From Candidatus Yanofskybacteria bacterium RIFCSPHIGHO2_01_FULL_43_32 (GTDB lineage: Bacteria; Patescibacteriota; Minisyncoccia; 2-02-FULL-40-12; GWA2-44-9), in assembly GCA_001794125.1 (NCBI GenBank), contig MGJF01000002.1:108514-172513 (forward strand): DNA of 64,000 bases. Reading direction: 5' to 3'. Numbering within the stretch: the first letter of the stretch is position 1; each line of letters opens with the position of its first letter. The notes under the pieces were generated by a model. That model saw nothing but the letters and a program-made list of their open reading frames with translations. It was not told the origin of the DNA and ran no database searches. The position numbers and the translations under genes are program-made. Below, piece by piece: positions 27,394 to 35,944 of the stretch.

Positions 27394-27996
27394 TTGGTAC
27401 TTCCCAGGGGAAGAAGTAAGGCCGGACTGCAGAAACTTTATGGCAACCAATTCAGGAACTGCAATCTCCATCACTTAGTACCTTCCAGTCGAGGAGGGGA
27501 AACTAATGAATTCAACTTATTTCCATGGAAAAAAAGATGCCATAACGCGTGGCACCACCTTTTTCTGAATATGACGATTTGGGAAGTTTATGAAACGTTT
27601 GACGGCATTTACGAAGAGATATTTTTCAGTGATAAAGAAAGAATTTACCGGCACTGGCTCGGCACGTGTCAGTTAAAAAAGGAAAGGGAGTTAGAGGCTC
27701 AAATTGAAAGGATTTACGGGGTTGAGTATCTTCAGGAAAAATGGATCGCCGCTTTCGGAGGAAACGATTTAAAGCAGGCAGAACAACTTCTAAAATTCAT
27801 GATGCTTTTTATGATTTTCGGTTCTCATATGGCAGACGCGGATTATCTTTTTGATAACGGCAATCTGACGGAATTCTTCGAGGAATATCAGGCCAATGAA
27901 GACCGGCTTAGAGCTTTTAATATTTGTTTTGGCGAGTCAGCCGGCCCCCAGAAGATAAAAGCCAAGATTTCTAAGATCTTGCGCCAACTCCCTTGA
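27394..27996 (+). CDS. HNH-motif protein (hypothetical)
   Basis: CNLHHLVPSSRGGETNEFNLFPWKKRCHNAWHHLF is an HNH-like His/Asn/Cys arrangement. The only in-frame start after the TGA at 27382 is TTG 27394 (preceded by aagg). The C-terminal 130 aa are unknown. Confidence 0.4.
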   Translation: MVLPRGRSKAGLQKLYGNQFRNCNLHHLVPSSRGGETNEFNLFPWKKRCHNAWHHLFLNMTIWEVYETFDGIYEEIFFSDKERIYRHWLGTCQLKKERELEAQIERIYGVEYLQEKWIAAFGGNDLKQAEQLLKFMMLFMIFGSHMADADYLFDNGNLTEFFEEYQANEDRLRAFNICFGESAGPQKIKAKISKILRQLP

Positions 27997-28079
27997 TTGG
28001 GGGTTTTTTAATTGGTAACATTACGTCAGATGTTATGACAGATTTTGAACCCCAACTTGCCGTTAAGAAAGAGAAAAAA

Positions 28080-28499
28080 ATGCCGACCGTCAGCGGTCCG
28101 GGACTTTTTTGGATGCTTATTATTTTGATGCTCGTTCTGTTCGGTCTTGCGGTAAGCATACTCGGCAGAACTCAAAATCTCGGCACAGATCTGCCGACGC
28201 CGACAGAAACCGTTTCTCCCGAAACCAAGCCCTCGAGAATTTATACTATTTCATACAAGAGCGGAGTATTCAGCCCCACCAACCTAAGAATCCATGCCGG
28301 AGATACGGTGAGATTTAAAAACGAGGGTATTTTTCCGATAAGAATAGTTTCCGGTCCGGACAGCAGATTGGTGGGTTTTGACAGTGTCGGAGACATTCCG
28401 CAGGGAAGCTATTTTTCTTTTACTTTTGCGGCAAAAGGAATATTTGATTATTATAATGACAGGAATCCGAAAGAAACGGGAACTATTATTGTCCGGTAA
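28080..28499 (+). CDS. membrane-anchored cupredoxin-like (EfeO-type) domain protein
   Basis: N-terminal TM, then YTISYKSGVFSPTNLRIHAGDTVRFKNEG, typical of the Cupredoxin_1 fold. Start is either ATG 28080 or the upstream in-frame 28035/27993. Confidence 0.35.
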   Translation: MPTVSGPGLFWMLIILMLVLFGLAVSILGRTQNLGTDLPTPTETVSPETKPSRIYTISYKSGVFSPTNLRIHAGDTVRFKNEGIFPIRIVSGPDSRLVGFDSVGDIPQGSYFSFTFAAKGIFDYYNDRNPKETGTIIVR

Positions 28500-28520
28500 T
28501 GGTTCGCAAGCTCATCATAA

Positions 28521-28799
28521 ATGAACAACCCCCTCACACTACAAGTTGAATCTCGGCTCGGCGCTCTGTATGTGTCTTTATTGGGGTTGTTCTTCGTTGG
28601 CTTGATCTTTATAGCTCTGAAAAATTTTAATTCGGATTCGATTATTTTGAATTCCCAAACCGCTCAAGTTAAAACCATCTCTACCACCGAAAGAGACTTG
28701 ATAAACGGCTGGATTACGGAGAACCAGATCGAAATTCCGCAAGGAAAGGGTTATAGATACGTAATTCAGCAGTATCCTTCCAAGCCGTGGTTTAAATAG
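28521..28799 (+). CDS. small membrane-anchored protein (hypothetical)
   Basis: Single N-terminal TM. No motifs recognised. Confidence 0.25.
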   Translation: MNNPLTLQVESRLGALYVSLLGLFFVGLIFIALKNFNSDSIILNSQTAQVKTISTTERDLINGWITENQIEIPQGKGYRYVIQQYPSKPWFK

Positions 28800-28821
28800 C
28801 CGTTGGCCAATAGCGAATAAT

Positions 28822-29655
28822 ATGAAATTCAAATCAGGACTATTTCTAAAAGAAGCAGTATTGTTTGGCGCCACGTTGGCAATAGGGATTTTTTCGGCTT
28901 ATCGGAACATTGCTTCATCCTCGCAGATAATGATTCCGGAAGTTAAATTTGGCTGGGGCGATGCCGTCTTTTTGTCGGCGTTGGCGCTCTTTTTTATATT
29001 TTTTTCAAAACATCAAAGAGTGGTTCATTTTTCTTTTAAATTATTTTTGGTCTTGATAGTTTTTTCCGGCAGCAGCGCGGTTGTAAATACCGTGTCGGGC
29101 CCGCCTTGGGATATTTGGGTTCCGCTTCTTGTTACGGCCGTATTTTTGTCGCTTAAGAGCGTCATTATCCATAATGCGGGAATAATTTTAGGAATAGCCG
29201 GTATCGGATCTTTACTGGGCCTGGCAATCTCTCCCGGAACCGCCGTTATAATAATGATAATATTGTCCTTCTATGACATTGTTGCCGTCTATACGACCAA
29301 ACATATGGTGAAGATGGCAAAAGTAATGATGGAATCGGGAGCTATTTTTGGATTTATAATTCCATTGCGGCTGAACGGATTTTTTTCGCATAAGCAAGAA
29401 GCTCAAATCGAGGCCGGAGCCGGGGGCCGGTTCATGATATTGGGTTCGGGCGACATTGGTTTGCCTGTTGTCCTGGCAAGTTCGGTGGCCGGATATTCTC
29501 TTGACGATGCGATAATTGTGGCGATATTTTCTTTGGCGGGTTTATTTCTGACCCATCTTATTTTTGTAAATCAGAGGGAAAGAAAACCCATGGCCGCTTT
29601 GCCGCCGATTGCGACGATGTCTATTATTGGATACCTTGTGTCTTTACTAATGTAA
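28822..29655 (+). CDS. presenilin/signal-peptide-peptidase-like intramembrane aspartyl protease (A22 family)
   Basis: Polytopic protein with a YD in a TM (SFYDIVAVY), GxGD (ILGSGDIGLP) and a C-terminal PAL-like AALPP motif, in the canonical order. Confidence 0.45.
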   Translation: MKFKSGLFLKEAVLFGATLAIGIFSAYRNIASSSQIMIPEVKFGWGDAVFLSALALFFIFFSKHQRVVHFSFKLFLVLIVFSGSSAVVNTVSGPPWDIWVPLLVTAVFLSLKSVIIHNAGIILGIAGIGSLLGLAISPGTAVIIMIILSFYDIVAVYTTKHMVKMAKVMMESGAIFGFIIPLRLNGFFSHKQEAQIEAGAGGRFMILGSGDIGLPVVLASSVAGYSLDDAIIVAIFSLAGLFLTHLIFVNQRERKPMAALPPIATMSIIGYLVSLLM

Positions 29656-29659
29656 AGAC

Positions 29660-29760
29660 AAATTCCAATTTTAAATTACAAATTTTAAATGAAATCCCAA
29701 TTTTTAAAATTTAAAACATTTAAACATTGAATTAAAATTTAAAATTTAAGTTTTGAATTT
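29660..29760. repeat. AT-rich low-complexity tract with reiterated aatttTaaa motifs immediately upstream of the RNase gene
   Basis: caaattccaattttaaattacaaattttaaatgaaatcccaatttttaaaatttaaaacatttaaacattgaattaaaatttaaaatttaag. Confidence 0.3.
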
Positions 29761-31116
29761 ATGAAACTAATATTCTATGGAGGCGCTAAAACTGTTACCG
29801 GGGCGAATTATCTTCTTGACCACGGCGACCTTAAAATTTTGGTGGATTGCGGGCTCAACCAAGGCTCCAAATATTCGGAGGATATGAATTACGAAAAATT
29901 CGCTTACAATCCGGCTGAAATAGATTTTGTATTCATTACCCACAGCCACACCGATCATGTGGGCCGGCTTCCCAAATTATTCAAGGAAGGTTTCCGTGGC
30001 AGGGTTATCGCTTCCAGGCCGACCGCGGATTTAGCCAAAAAGGCCTTGCCGGATAATTTGAACATAATAACCGAGGAAGCCAAAAGAGGAGGCAGGGAAC
30101 CGATATTTGAATTGAAAGATTTGGAAGGCGTTTTGGGGTTGGCGGAAGGTTTTGATTATGAAACACCCATTGATCTCGGAAACGGGACAAGAGCCGTGCT
30201 CCATGACGCGGGTCACATTCTCGGTTCAACGATAGTGGAAATAGATTTTGACGATAAGAAGATATATTTCACGGGCGATCTGGGCAATCCGCCGACTCCT
30301 TTGCTCCAGCCGCCTTATTTCCCCAAAGACGCCGACTATGCCGTGGTGGAATCCGCTTACGGTTCGAGAATTCACGAAGACCGCTCGTCCAGAAAAATTA
30401 TGCTGGAGAACGTGATTAGGGAAACTTTGACTAAAGGAGGCACTCTGATGATACCGTCCTTCGCAATGGAAAGAACACAGGAACTTTTGTACGAATTGAA
30501 TCAGCTTGTAAACCATAACCAGATACCCCGGGTTCCAATCTATGTTGATTCTCCTTTGGCGACTAATCTCACGGAGGTTTATAAGAAATACCCGAATTAT
30601 TTTAACAAGACTGCTCACCATGTCATTGAGTCGGGGGATGACATCTTCAATTTTCCGGGGCTGACATTCACAAGAACTTCCGACGAATCAAAAGCTATCA
30701 ACAACGTGAAGGGGGCGAAGATAATCATTGCCGGTTCCGGCATGTCCACTGGCGGGAGAATTCTGCATCACGAAATGAGATACCTGTCGGACCCTAATTC
30801 GGCTATCTTGTTTGTGGGATATCAGGTTCTGGGTTCGTTGGGACGCAGGATCTTGGACGGCGAGAAAAATGTCAGAATATTCGGCGAACAGGTTTCCGTT
30901 AATTGCCAGATACGGGCCATCGGCGGTTACTCGGCCCATGCCGACCAGGCCATGCTACTTAAATGGATAGCGGGCGCCGGCTCCGGCGGCAACCTCAAGA
31001 AAGTCTTCATGGTTCAGGGCGAAGAAGATTCTTCCGCAACTTTAGCGGAAAAAACCAGAACGGATTTGAAAATCGACGCAGTCGTGCCTTCTTTAGGCGA
31101 AAGTTTTGAGCTGTAA
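29761..31116 (+). CDS. MBL-fold beta-CASP family ribonuclease (CPSF/TTHA0252-like)
   Basis: HSHTDH, beta-CASP, C-terminal GGYSAHAD RMMBL motif. At ~450 aa it is shorter than RNase J. Confidence 0.75.
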   Translation: MKLIFYGGAKTVTGANYLLDHGDLKILVDCGLNQGSKYSEDMNYEKFAYNPAEIDFVFITHSHTDHVGRLPKLFKEGFRGRVIASRPTADLAKKALPDNLNIITEEAKRGGREPIFELKDLEGVLGLAEGFDYETPIDLGNGTRAVLHDAGHILGSTIVEIDFDDKKIYFTGDLGNPPTPLLQPPYFPKDADYAVVESAYGSRIHEDRSSRKIMLENVIRETLTKGGTLMIPSFAMERTQELLYELNQLVNHNQIPRVPIYVDSPLATNLTEVYKKYPNYFNKTAHHVIESGDDIFNFPGLTFTRTSDESKAINNVKGAKIIIAGSGMSTGGRILHHEMRYLSDPNSAILFVGYQVLGSLGRRILDGEKNVRIFGEQVSVNCQIRAIGGYSAHADQAMLLKWIAGAGSGGNLKKVFMVQGEEDSSATLAEKTRTDLKIDAVVPSLGESFEL

Positions 31117-31130
31117 TTTCTCTAAATCGT

Positions 31131-31190
31131 TTTATAAAAACAAAGAAGCTCCGCACAAGATGAAGTTTGGAACTTCTTTGTGCGGAGCGG
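31131..31190 (-). terminator. terminator for the GC-rich minus-strand cassette
   Basis: gctccgcacaa...ttgtgcggagc 11-bp stem (with an inner gaagtt/aacttc). Followed on the minus strand by cttctttgtttttataaaa. Confidence 0.5.
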
Positions 31191-31246
31191 AACTCCAACT
31201 ACCGTGTTTCTCCGACGACACTCGCAATTACGGTCGGACAGTTCTT

Positions 31247-31759
31247 TCACTTCGAGGTTGCGTGCGGCGCTCGAGTAGGGACTGATTTTCTTGGCGCCAA
31301 CACGACCGGGTGTGAAGTTGTCGGTGTCTTTCCGTCGATATGCTTGCGGTGCTGATGTTCCTGCGGATAGGCAGGAACGAAGAGGACAGACGGACTCCAT
31401 CCATACGTCGCGGGCGGATCAGTCAACAAGGTTCCGTCGAGTCGTCGTCGCGGTGACTCCGGCGGGAAGTCGAGCCATGACGATGCACCGGGGCGACTGC
31501 CGATGATGAAGATCTTCGGACCATCACAACCGGAGCAGATCACGGGAGGCGGCAGATGTTCGAGACGTGATACGATGGCGGCCGCTTCTGCGGGCGTCAG
31601 CGGCGGCGCGCTTGAGGTGATTGACTGCGTGCTCGGTTTGTTCGTCACGGTGCGCGTCTGTGCTTCTGCGCGAGTGTCCCACACGAAATTGACGGGGATT
31701 ACGAACATGGCGCAGATTACGATTGTCGGAATATCGAAGACTTTCTTTTTCTTTTCCAC
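31247..31759 (-). CDS. secreted/exported hypothetical protein, Pro-rich (GC-rich foreign-looking cassette)
   Basis: GTG start at 31759 with AGGAG 7 nt upstream. N-terminus KKKKVFDIPTIVICAMFVIPVNFVWDTRAEA is a signal peptide with an AxA site. About 60% GC. No recognisable domain. Confidence 0.45.
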   Translation of the reverse strand: MEKKKKVFDIPTIVICAMFVIPVNFVWDTRAEAQTRTVTNKPSTQSITSSAPPLTPAEAAAIVSRLEHLPPPVICSGCDGPKIFIIGSRPGASSWLDFPPESPRRRLDGTLLTDPPATYGWSPSVLFVPAYPQEHQHRKHIDGKTPTTSHPVVLAPRKSVPTRAPHATSK

Positions 31760-31816
31760 CGTTGTTCTCCTGCGCATTCAGCGCATACCGAGTTTTGACA
31801 GAACTAACCGTTTTAT

Positions 31817-31846
31817 ATTTTACAATATATTGAGTCATTTTGTCAA
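31817..31846 (-). promoter_or_regulatory. promoter TTGACA-18-TAAAAT on minus strand for the 31247-31759 gene
   Basis: Plus-strand tgtcaa 31841-31846 and atttta 31817-31822. Confidence 0.4.
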
Positions 31847-31924
31847 TATTAACTCAAAAAAAGGCTTCTTTGAGCGGTCAGTTATCCTCTTTAAATTTTT
31901 TAAAATATCTATTATCTTTTAATC

Positions 31925-32644
31925 ATGAGTGATGGAGAAGGAAAATTAAATCTGCCGGCATCAAAGCTTCCCCAAGAAGTAGAGCCGATAAAGGGTGATT
32001 TCAGGGCCTCTCTTCACTGGAGAGTTCTTCGCATTATGGCCGAGCTTATTGAAGGTTGGCAATTTTTGGCCGATTTCAAAAGAACGGTCACATTTTTCGG
32101 TTCGGCCAGATTTCCGGAAGGCAACCGCTGGTATGAAGAAGCCAGAAAGCTCGGTACGATGCTGGCCAAAAACGACCTTTCGGTTGTTACCGGCGGCGGA
32201 CCAGGAATAATGGAAGCGGGAAACAGGGGAGCCGTGGAAGGCAACGGCGAATCCATCGGAATCAACATTCAGTTGCCCATGGAACAGAGAATTAATCCTT
32301 ACGTGAAAAAAAGCGCCGGTTTCCACTATTTCTTTGTCAGGAAACTGATGCTCTCTTACGCCGCCAGGGCTTACGTCTTCTTTCCCGGAGGGTTTGGGAC
32401 TCTGGACGAGGCATTCGAAATATTGACACTTATCCAAACGAAGAAAATATCCGATAAAATTCCCGTCGTTCTGATAGGCAAAGAATTCTGGGACCCTATT
32501 CATAAATGGCTACACGAAGAGATATTCATCAAACAGCAGGCGGTGGATAAAGCGGATTTGAGCATGTATACCATTGTCGATACGGCTGAAGAGGCCTTTG
32601 AAATAGTCAAAAACGCTCCTCCGAGGGAAGAATTCTACTATTAA
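31925..32644 (+). CDS. LOG-family protein (cytokinin riboside 5'-monophosphate phosphoribohydrolase-like; TIGR00730)
   Basis: VTFFGSARF, VVTGGGPGIMEAGNRGA, PGGFGTLDEAFE motifs. Confidence 0.75.
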   Translation: MSDGEGKLNLPASKLPQEVEPIKGDFRASLHWRVLRIMAELIEGWQFLADFKRTVTFFGSARFPEGNRWYEEARKLGTMLAKNDLSVVTGGGPGIMEAGNRGAVEGNGESIGINIQLPMEQRINPYVKKSAGFHYFFVRKLMLSYAARAYVFFPGGFGTLDEAFEILTLIQTKKISDKIPVVLIGKEFWDPIHKWLHEEIFIKQQAVDKADLSMYTIVDTAEEAFEIVKNAPPREEFYY

Positions 32645-32733
32645 TTTGACCCGTTCGATAAGACTCAGGGTCAATGCTGAGCGAAGCCGAATGCATTGAT
32701 TTTTAGTAAAACCTGTGTTATATTCTCAATTCA

Positions 32734-35064
32734 ATGCCTGATTTTAAAGCTAACAATATTTTGATTCCCGAGCAGCTGCCGCTCATCGCCCTCAAGAATA
32801 CTGTCCTGTTTCCGAAGGTGGTCATTCCGCTTATTGTTCAGAGACCTAAATCGGTTGCCGCTCTTGAATATGCTTTGGCCCATGAACGGCTCGTGTTTTT
32901 TGTTACTCAAAAGAATATTCAAGACAATATCGGCCGCAAGGATATTTTTAATGTGGGAACGATCGGCAGGATTGTCTCTGTTTTCAAACTGCCTGACGGC
33001 TCTTCTAAAATAGATGTTGAAGGGTTGGTCAGGGCAAATATAACCGATCTTGTGAGCGAGGAGCCCTTTTTCAAGATTAAAGCCGAACCGTTCAACATGA
33101 TATTGAGAAACAACCTTGAAGAGAAGGCTTTTTTGAGGAGGGCAATAGAACAATTCAGAACTATTTCGGAGGCCCGCTCATTTCCGACGATATTGCCGGA
33201 AATAATTTACATGATGCTTCATCTCAAAGACACCGAACAGATTTTGAGCCTGATGACGGTAAATTTAAATCTGGACATCGAAGACCAGCAAAAAATCCTT
33301 GAACTGGAAAGCGCGATAGACGCTTTGAGGGAGATGAACGTTTATCTTGTTCGCGAGACGGAAATCATGGAAGCGGAAAAGACGGTTACCAAAGAGACCA
33401 AAAAACAAATCGGCAAGATGCAAAAGGAGCTCTTCTTGAGAGAGCAGTTGAAAAGCATCGAAAAAGAACTGGGCGTTGAAGATGAAAAAGACGAAATGGA
33501 CGTATTGAAGTCTAAAATTCTTTCGGCCGGAATGCCGAAGAGCACCGAAGATAAAGCCATTAAAGAATTAAACCGTCTCGGCAAAATGCCGTCCTTCAAT
33601 CCCGAAGTTTCCTACTTAAGAACTTATCTTGATTTGCTTACCGAATTGCCCTGGTCCAAAAAAACAAAAGAAAAAATAGATTTAAAGGAAGCCGAGAAGA
33701 TATTGAACGAAGACCATTACGGGCTCAACAAGGTCAAAGAAAGAATTTTAGAATATCTTGCCGTGCAAAAACAAGTCGGCAAGCTTAAGGGTCCGATATT
33801 GTGCCTTGTCGGTCCGCCCGGCACGGGCAAAACATCCGTCGGTCAGTCAATTGCCAGAGCTTTGGGGCGTAAATTCATCAGGGTTTCTCTGGGCGGGTTG
33901 AGGGATGAAGCCGAGATAAGAGGTCATCGCCGGACATATGTCGGCGCTATGCCGGGCAGAATTATTCAAGGAATAAACAGTTCAAAGGTTAAAAATCCCG
34001 TGTTTATGCTTGATGAAATAGACAAAATAGGAATGGATTTCCGGGGCGACCCTTCAGCGGCTCTCTTGGAAGCGTTGGACCCCCAGCAGAATCATTCATT
34101 TTCCGACCATTATTTGGAGGTGCCTTATGATCTGTCCGATGTAATGTTCATAACCACCGCCAATGTTTTGGACACCATTCCTCCCGCCTTGAGAGACCGG
34201 CTTGAAATCATAGAATTTCCGGGATACTCGGAAGCGGAGAAATTCCATATCGCCAAAAATTTCCTTTTGCCGAAATTGTTTAAAGAACACGGCCTCAAGA
34301 AAAAAGCTTTGGTTTTCCAAGATTCCGCTTTAGCCGATATTATAAGAAAACATACCCGCGAGGCCGGGGTCAGGGATCTGGAAAGGCAGTTGGCCGCCGT
34401 CATCAGAAAAATAACCCGAAAACTGGTTGAATCCCATTCCAGCAAGCAGGTTGTTGTAACCAAGACAGACATCCATAAATATTTAGGCCCCGTCAAATAT
34501 TCCCATCAGTTGGCGGAAACCAAGGACGAGGTCGGCGTTGTTACCGGTCTCGGCTGGACTCCGGTGGGCGGCGAGGTGTTTTTTATCGAGGTCTCTAAAA
34601 TGCCCGGCCGCGGAAAATTGATCTTGACGGGTCAGCTCGGTTCGGTAATGAAAGAGTCCGCTCAAGCCGGTTTAAGTTACGCCAGAACTTTTGCGGCAAA
34701 AAGAGGAATTAAAGAAGATTTCACCAAGGATGATATCCACATTCACGTCCCTTCGGGCGCGATAAAAAAGGACGGTCCGTCCGCTGGAACGGCTATGACT
34801 ACGGCTTTGGTGTCATTATTCTTGGGAAAGCCGGTCAGGAAAGAGGTAGCCATGACCGGAGAAGTTACTTTGCGCGGAAAAGTGCTTGAAATAGGCGGAC
34901 TTAAGGAAAAAGTCCTTGCCGCCCATCGCGCCGGGATAAAAACCATAATCGCTCCGAATGACAACAAAAAAGATTTGGAAGATATTCCTAAAGAAGTCAA
35001 AAAAGACCTCAGATTTGTCTTTGTCAAAACAATGGATGAGGTCTTGCGCGTTGCCCTAAAATAG
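32734..35064 (+). CDS. lon: ATP-dependent protease Lon
   Basis: LON N-domain, AAA+ GPPGTGKTS, proteolytic PSGAIKKDGPSAGTAMTTALVSL with catalytic Ser. Confidence 0.9.
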   Translation: MPDFKANNILIPEQLPLIALKNTVLFPKVVIPLIVQRPKSVAALEYALAHERLVFFVTQKNIQDNIGRKDIFNVGTIGRIVSVFKLPDGSSKIDVEGLVRANITDLVSEEPFFKIKAEPFNMILRNNLEEKAFLRRAIEQFRTISEARSFPTILPEIIYMMLHLKDTEQILSLMTVNLNLDIEDQQKILELESAIDALREMNVYLVRETEIMEAEKTVTKETKKQIGKMQKELFLREQLKSIEKELGVEDEKDEMDVLKSKILSAGMPKSTEDKAIKELNRLGKMPSFNPEVSYLRTYLDLLTELPWSKKTKEKIDLKEAEKILNEDHYGLNKVKERILEYLAVQKQVGKLKGPILCLVGPPGTGKTSVGQSIARALGRKFIRVSLGGLRDEAEIRGHRRTYVGAMPGRIIQGINSSKVKNPVFMLDEIDKIGMDFRGDPSAALLEALDPQQNHSFSDHYLEVPYDLSDVMFITTANVLDTIPPALRDRLEIIEFPGYSEAEKFHIAKNFLLPKLFKEHGLKKKALVFQDSALADIIRKHTREAGVRDLERQLAAVIRKITRKLVESHSSKQVVVTKTDIHKYLGPVKYSHQLAETKDEVGVVTGLGWTPVGGEVFFIEVSKMPGRGKLILTGQLGSVMKESAQAGLSYARTFAAKRGIKEDFTKDDIHIHVPSGAIKKDGPSAGTAMTTALVSLFLGKPVRKEVAMTGEVTLRGKVLEIGGLKEKVLAAHRAGIKTIIAPNDNKKDLEDIPKEVKKDLRFVFVKTMDEVLRVALK

Positions 35065-35113
35065 AGTATAGTAATTACCGTGCTCTTTTCAGAAAGAGGG
35101 ATAGTAGCTGCAG

Positions 35114-35335
35114 ATGTGCGCTCACGCGTGCGAGTTCCATAAGGGAAGAAAAAAGCATATATCATCTTGTTGCGTGCCGTGTTCTTGCGGAGAGAATATC
35201 GAACTGACCAAAATGGAGGCCCATCGGGCCAGTTGCCATCGTGTGGGATTAGATATCCCGAGAATGCCGATTTACGCGTCTGCCTGCCCTGTTGCCGGTA
35301 AATTTGTACCGGAAGGCATCAGAACCGCCGCCTAA
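35114..35335 (+). CDS. Cys-rich 73-aa ORF (possible small zinc-binding protein), or alternatively an unrecognised structured ncRNA
   Basis: ATG 35114 to TAA 35335, nine Cys, no convincing SD. The 250-nt Lon-MgtC spacer is GC-rich with many local hairpins and ends in a terminator. The coding call is weak. Confidence 0.2.
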   Translation: MCAHACEFHKGRKKHISSCCVPCSCGENIELTKMEAHRASCHRVGLDIPRMPIYASACPVAGKFVPEGIRTAA

Positions 35336-35345
35336 CTTAGGCGGT
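35318..35345 (+). terminator. intrinsic terminator (aaccgccgcctaacttaggcggttttt)
   Basis: 8-bp stem plus T-run, 60 nt upstream of the mgtC start. Confidence 0.5.
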
Positions 35346-35407
35346 TTTTGTTATTCTTTGTTAGTTATTCCTTGCCTAATTTTATATTTGTACTAATATT
35401 GTTTGAT

Positions 35408-35944
35408 ATGGCACAGCTTACGCAATTTTTAGCATATTTGGATTGGACGATGATTTCGAGATTATTGGTTGCCGCTTTGCTTGGCGGAATTGTCGGGTTT
35501 GAAAGAGAGCGTTCGGGAAAGGTTGCCGGTTTAAGAACCCATACTCTGGTTTCAATAGGAGCGGCGTTATTGTCCATTACCTCCATAAAATTGTTTTTTC
35601 AATTTCCTTCAATCGGAGGACAGGCGGGTTTTGACTACCATTTGATAGCAAATATCATTGTCGGCATAGGTTTTATAGGAGCGGGGACAATATTAAGAAG
35701 GGAAAATCGCATTGAGGGTACAACTACGGCCGCGAGTTTGTGGGTTGTAGCGGCAATCGGTATTGCCAGCGGATTAGGATATTATCAAGAAGCGATAGCA
35801 ACGACGGTAATCGTATATGTTGTTTTGGCCGGGCTTTGGCTGGTGGAAAAATACCTGACCCGGGATATTCGTTATAAAGGGCGGGGAATTTTCGGTCAAC
35901 TCAAACAAAGTGAAAATCCCGGACCTGAATATACTGAAAAGTAA
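35408..35944 (+). CDS. mgtC: MgtC/SapB-family membrane protein
   Basis: ISRLLVAALLGGIVGFERE...AGLRTHTLVSIGAAL signature. Confidence 0.7.
   Translation: MAQLTQFLAYLDWTMISRLLVAALLGGIVGFERERSGKVAGLRTHTLVSIGAALLSITSIKLFFQFPSIGGQAGFDYHLIANIIVGIGFIGAGTILRRENRIEGTTTAASLWVVAAIGIASGLGYYQEAIATTVIVYVVLAGLWLVEKYLTRDIRYKGRGIFGQLKQSENPGPEYTEK

Noticed and set aside
31291-31922. Plus-strand ORFs 31291-31506 and 31503-31922, and minus ORF 31524-31838, in the GC-rich island
   Set aside because: High-GC shadow frames without an RBS. The frame at 31247-31759 (minus) alone has an SD, a signal peptide and a promoter/terminator in the right places.
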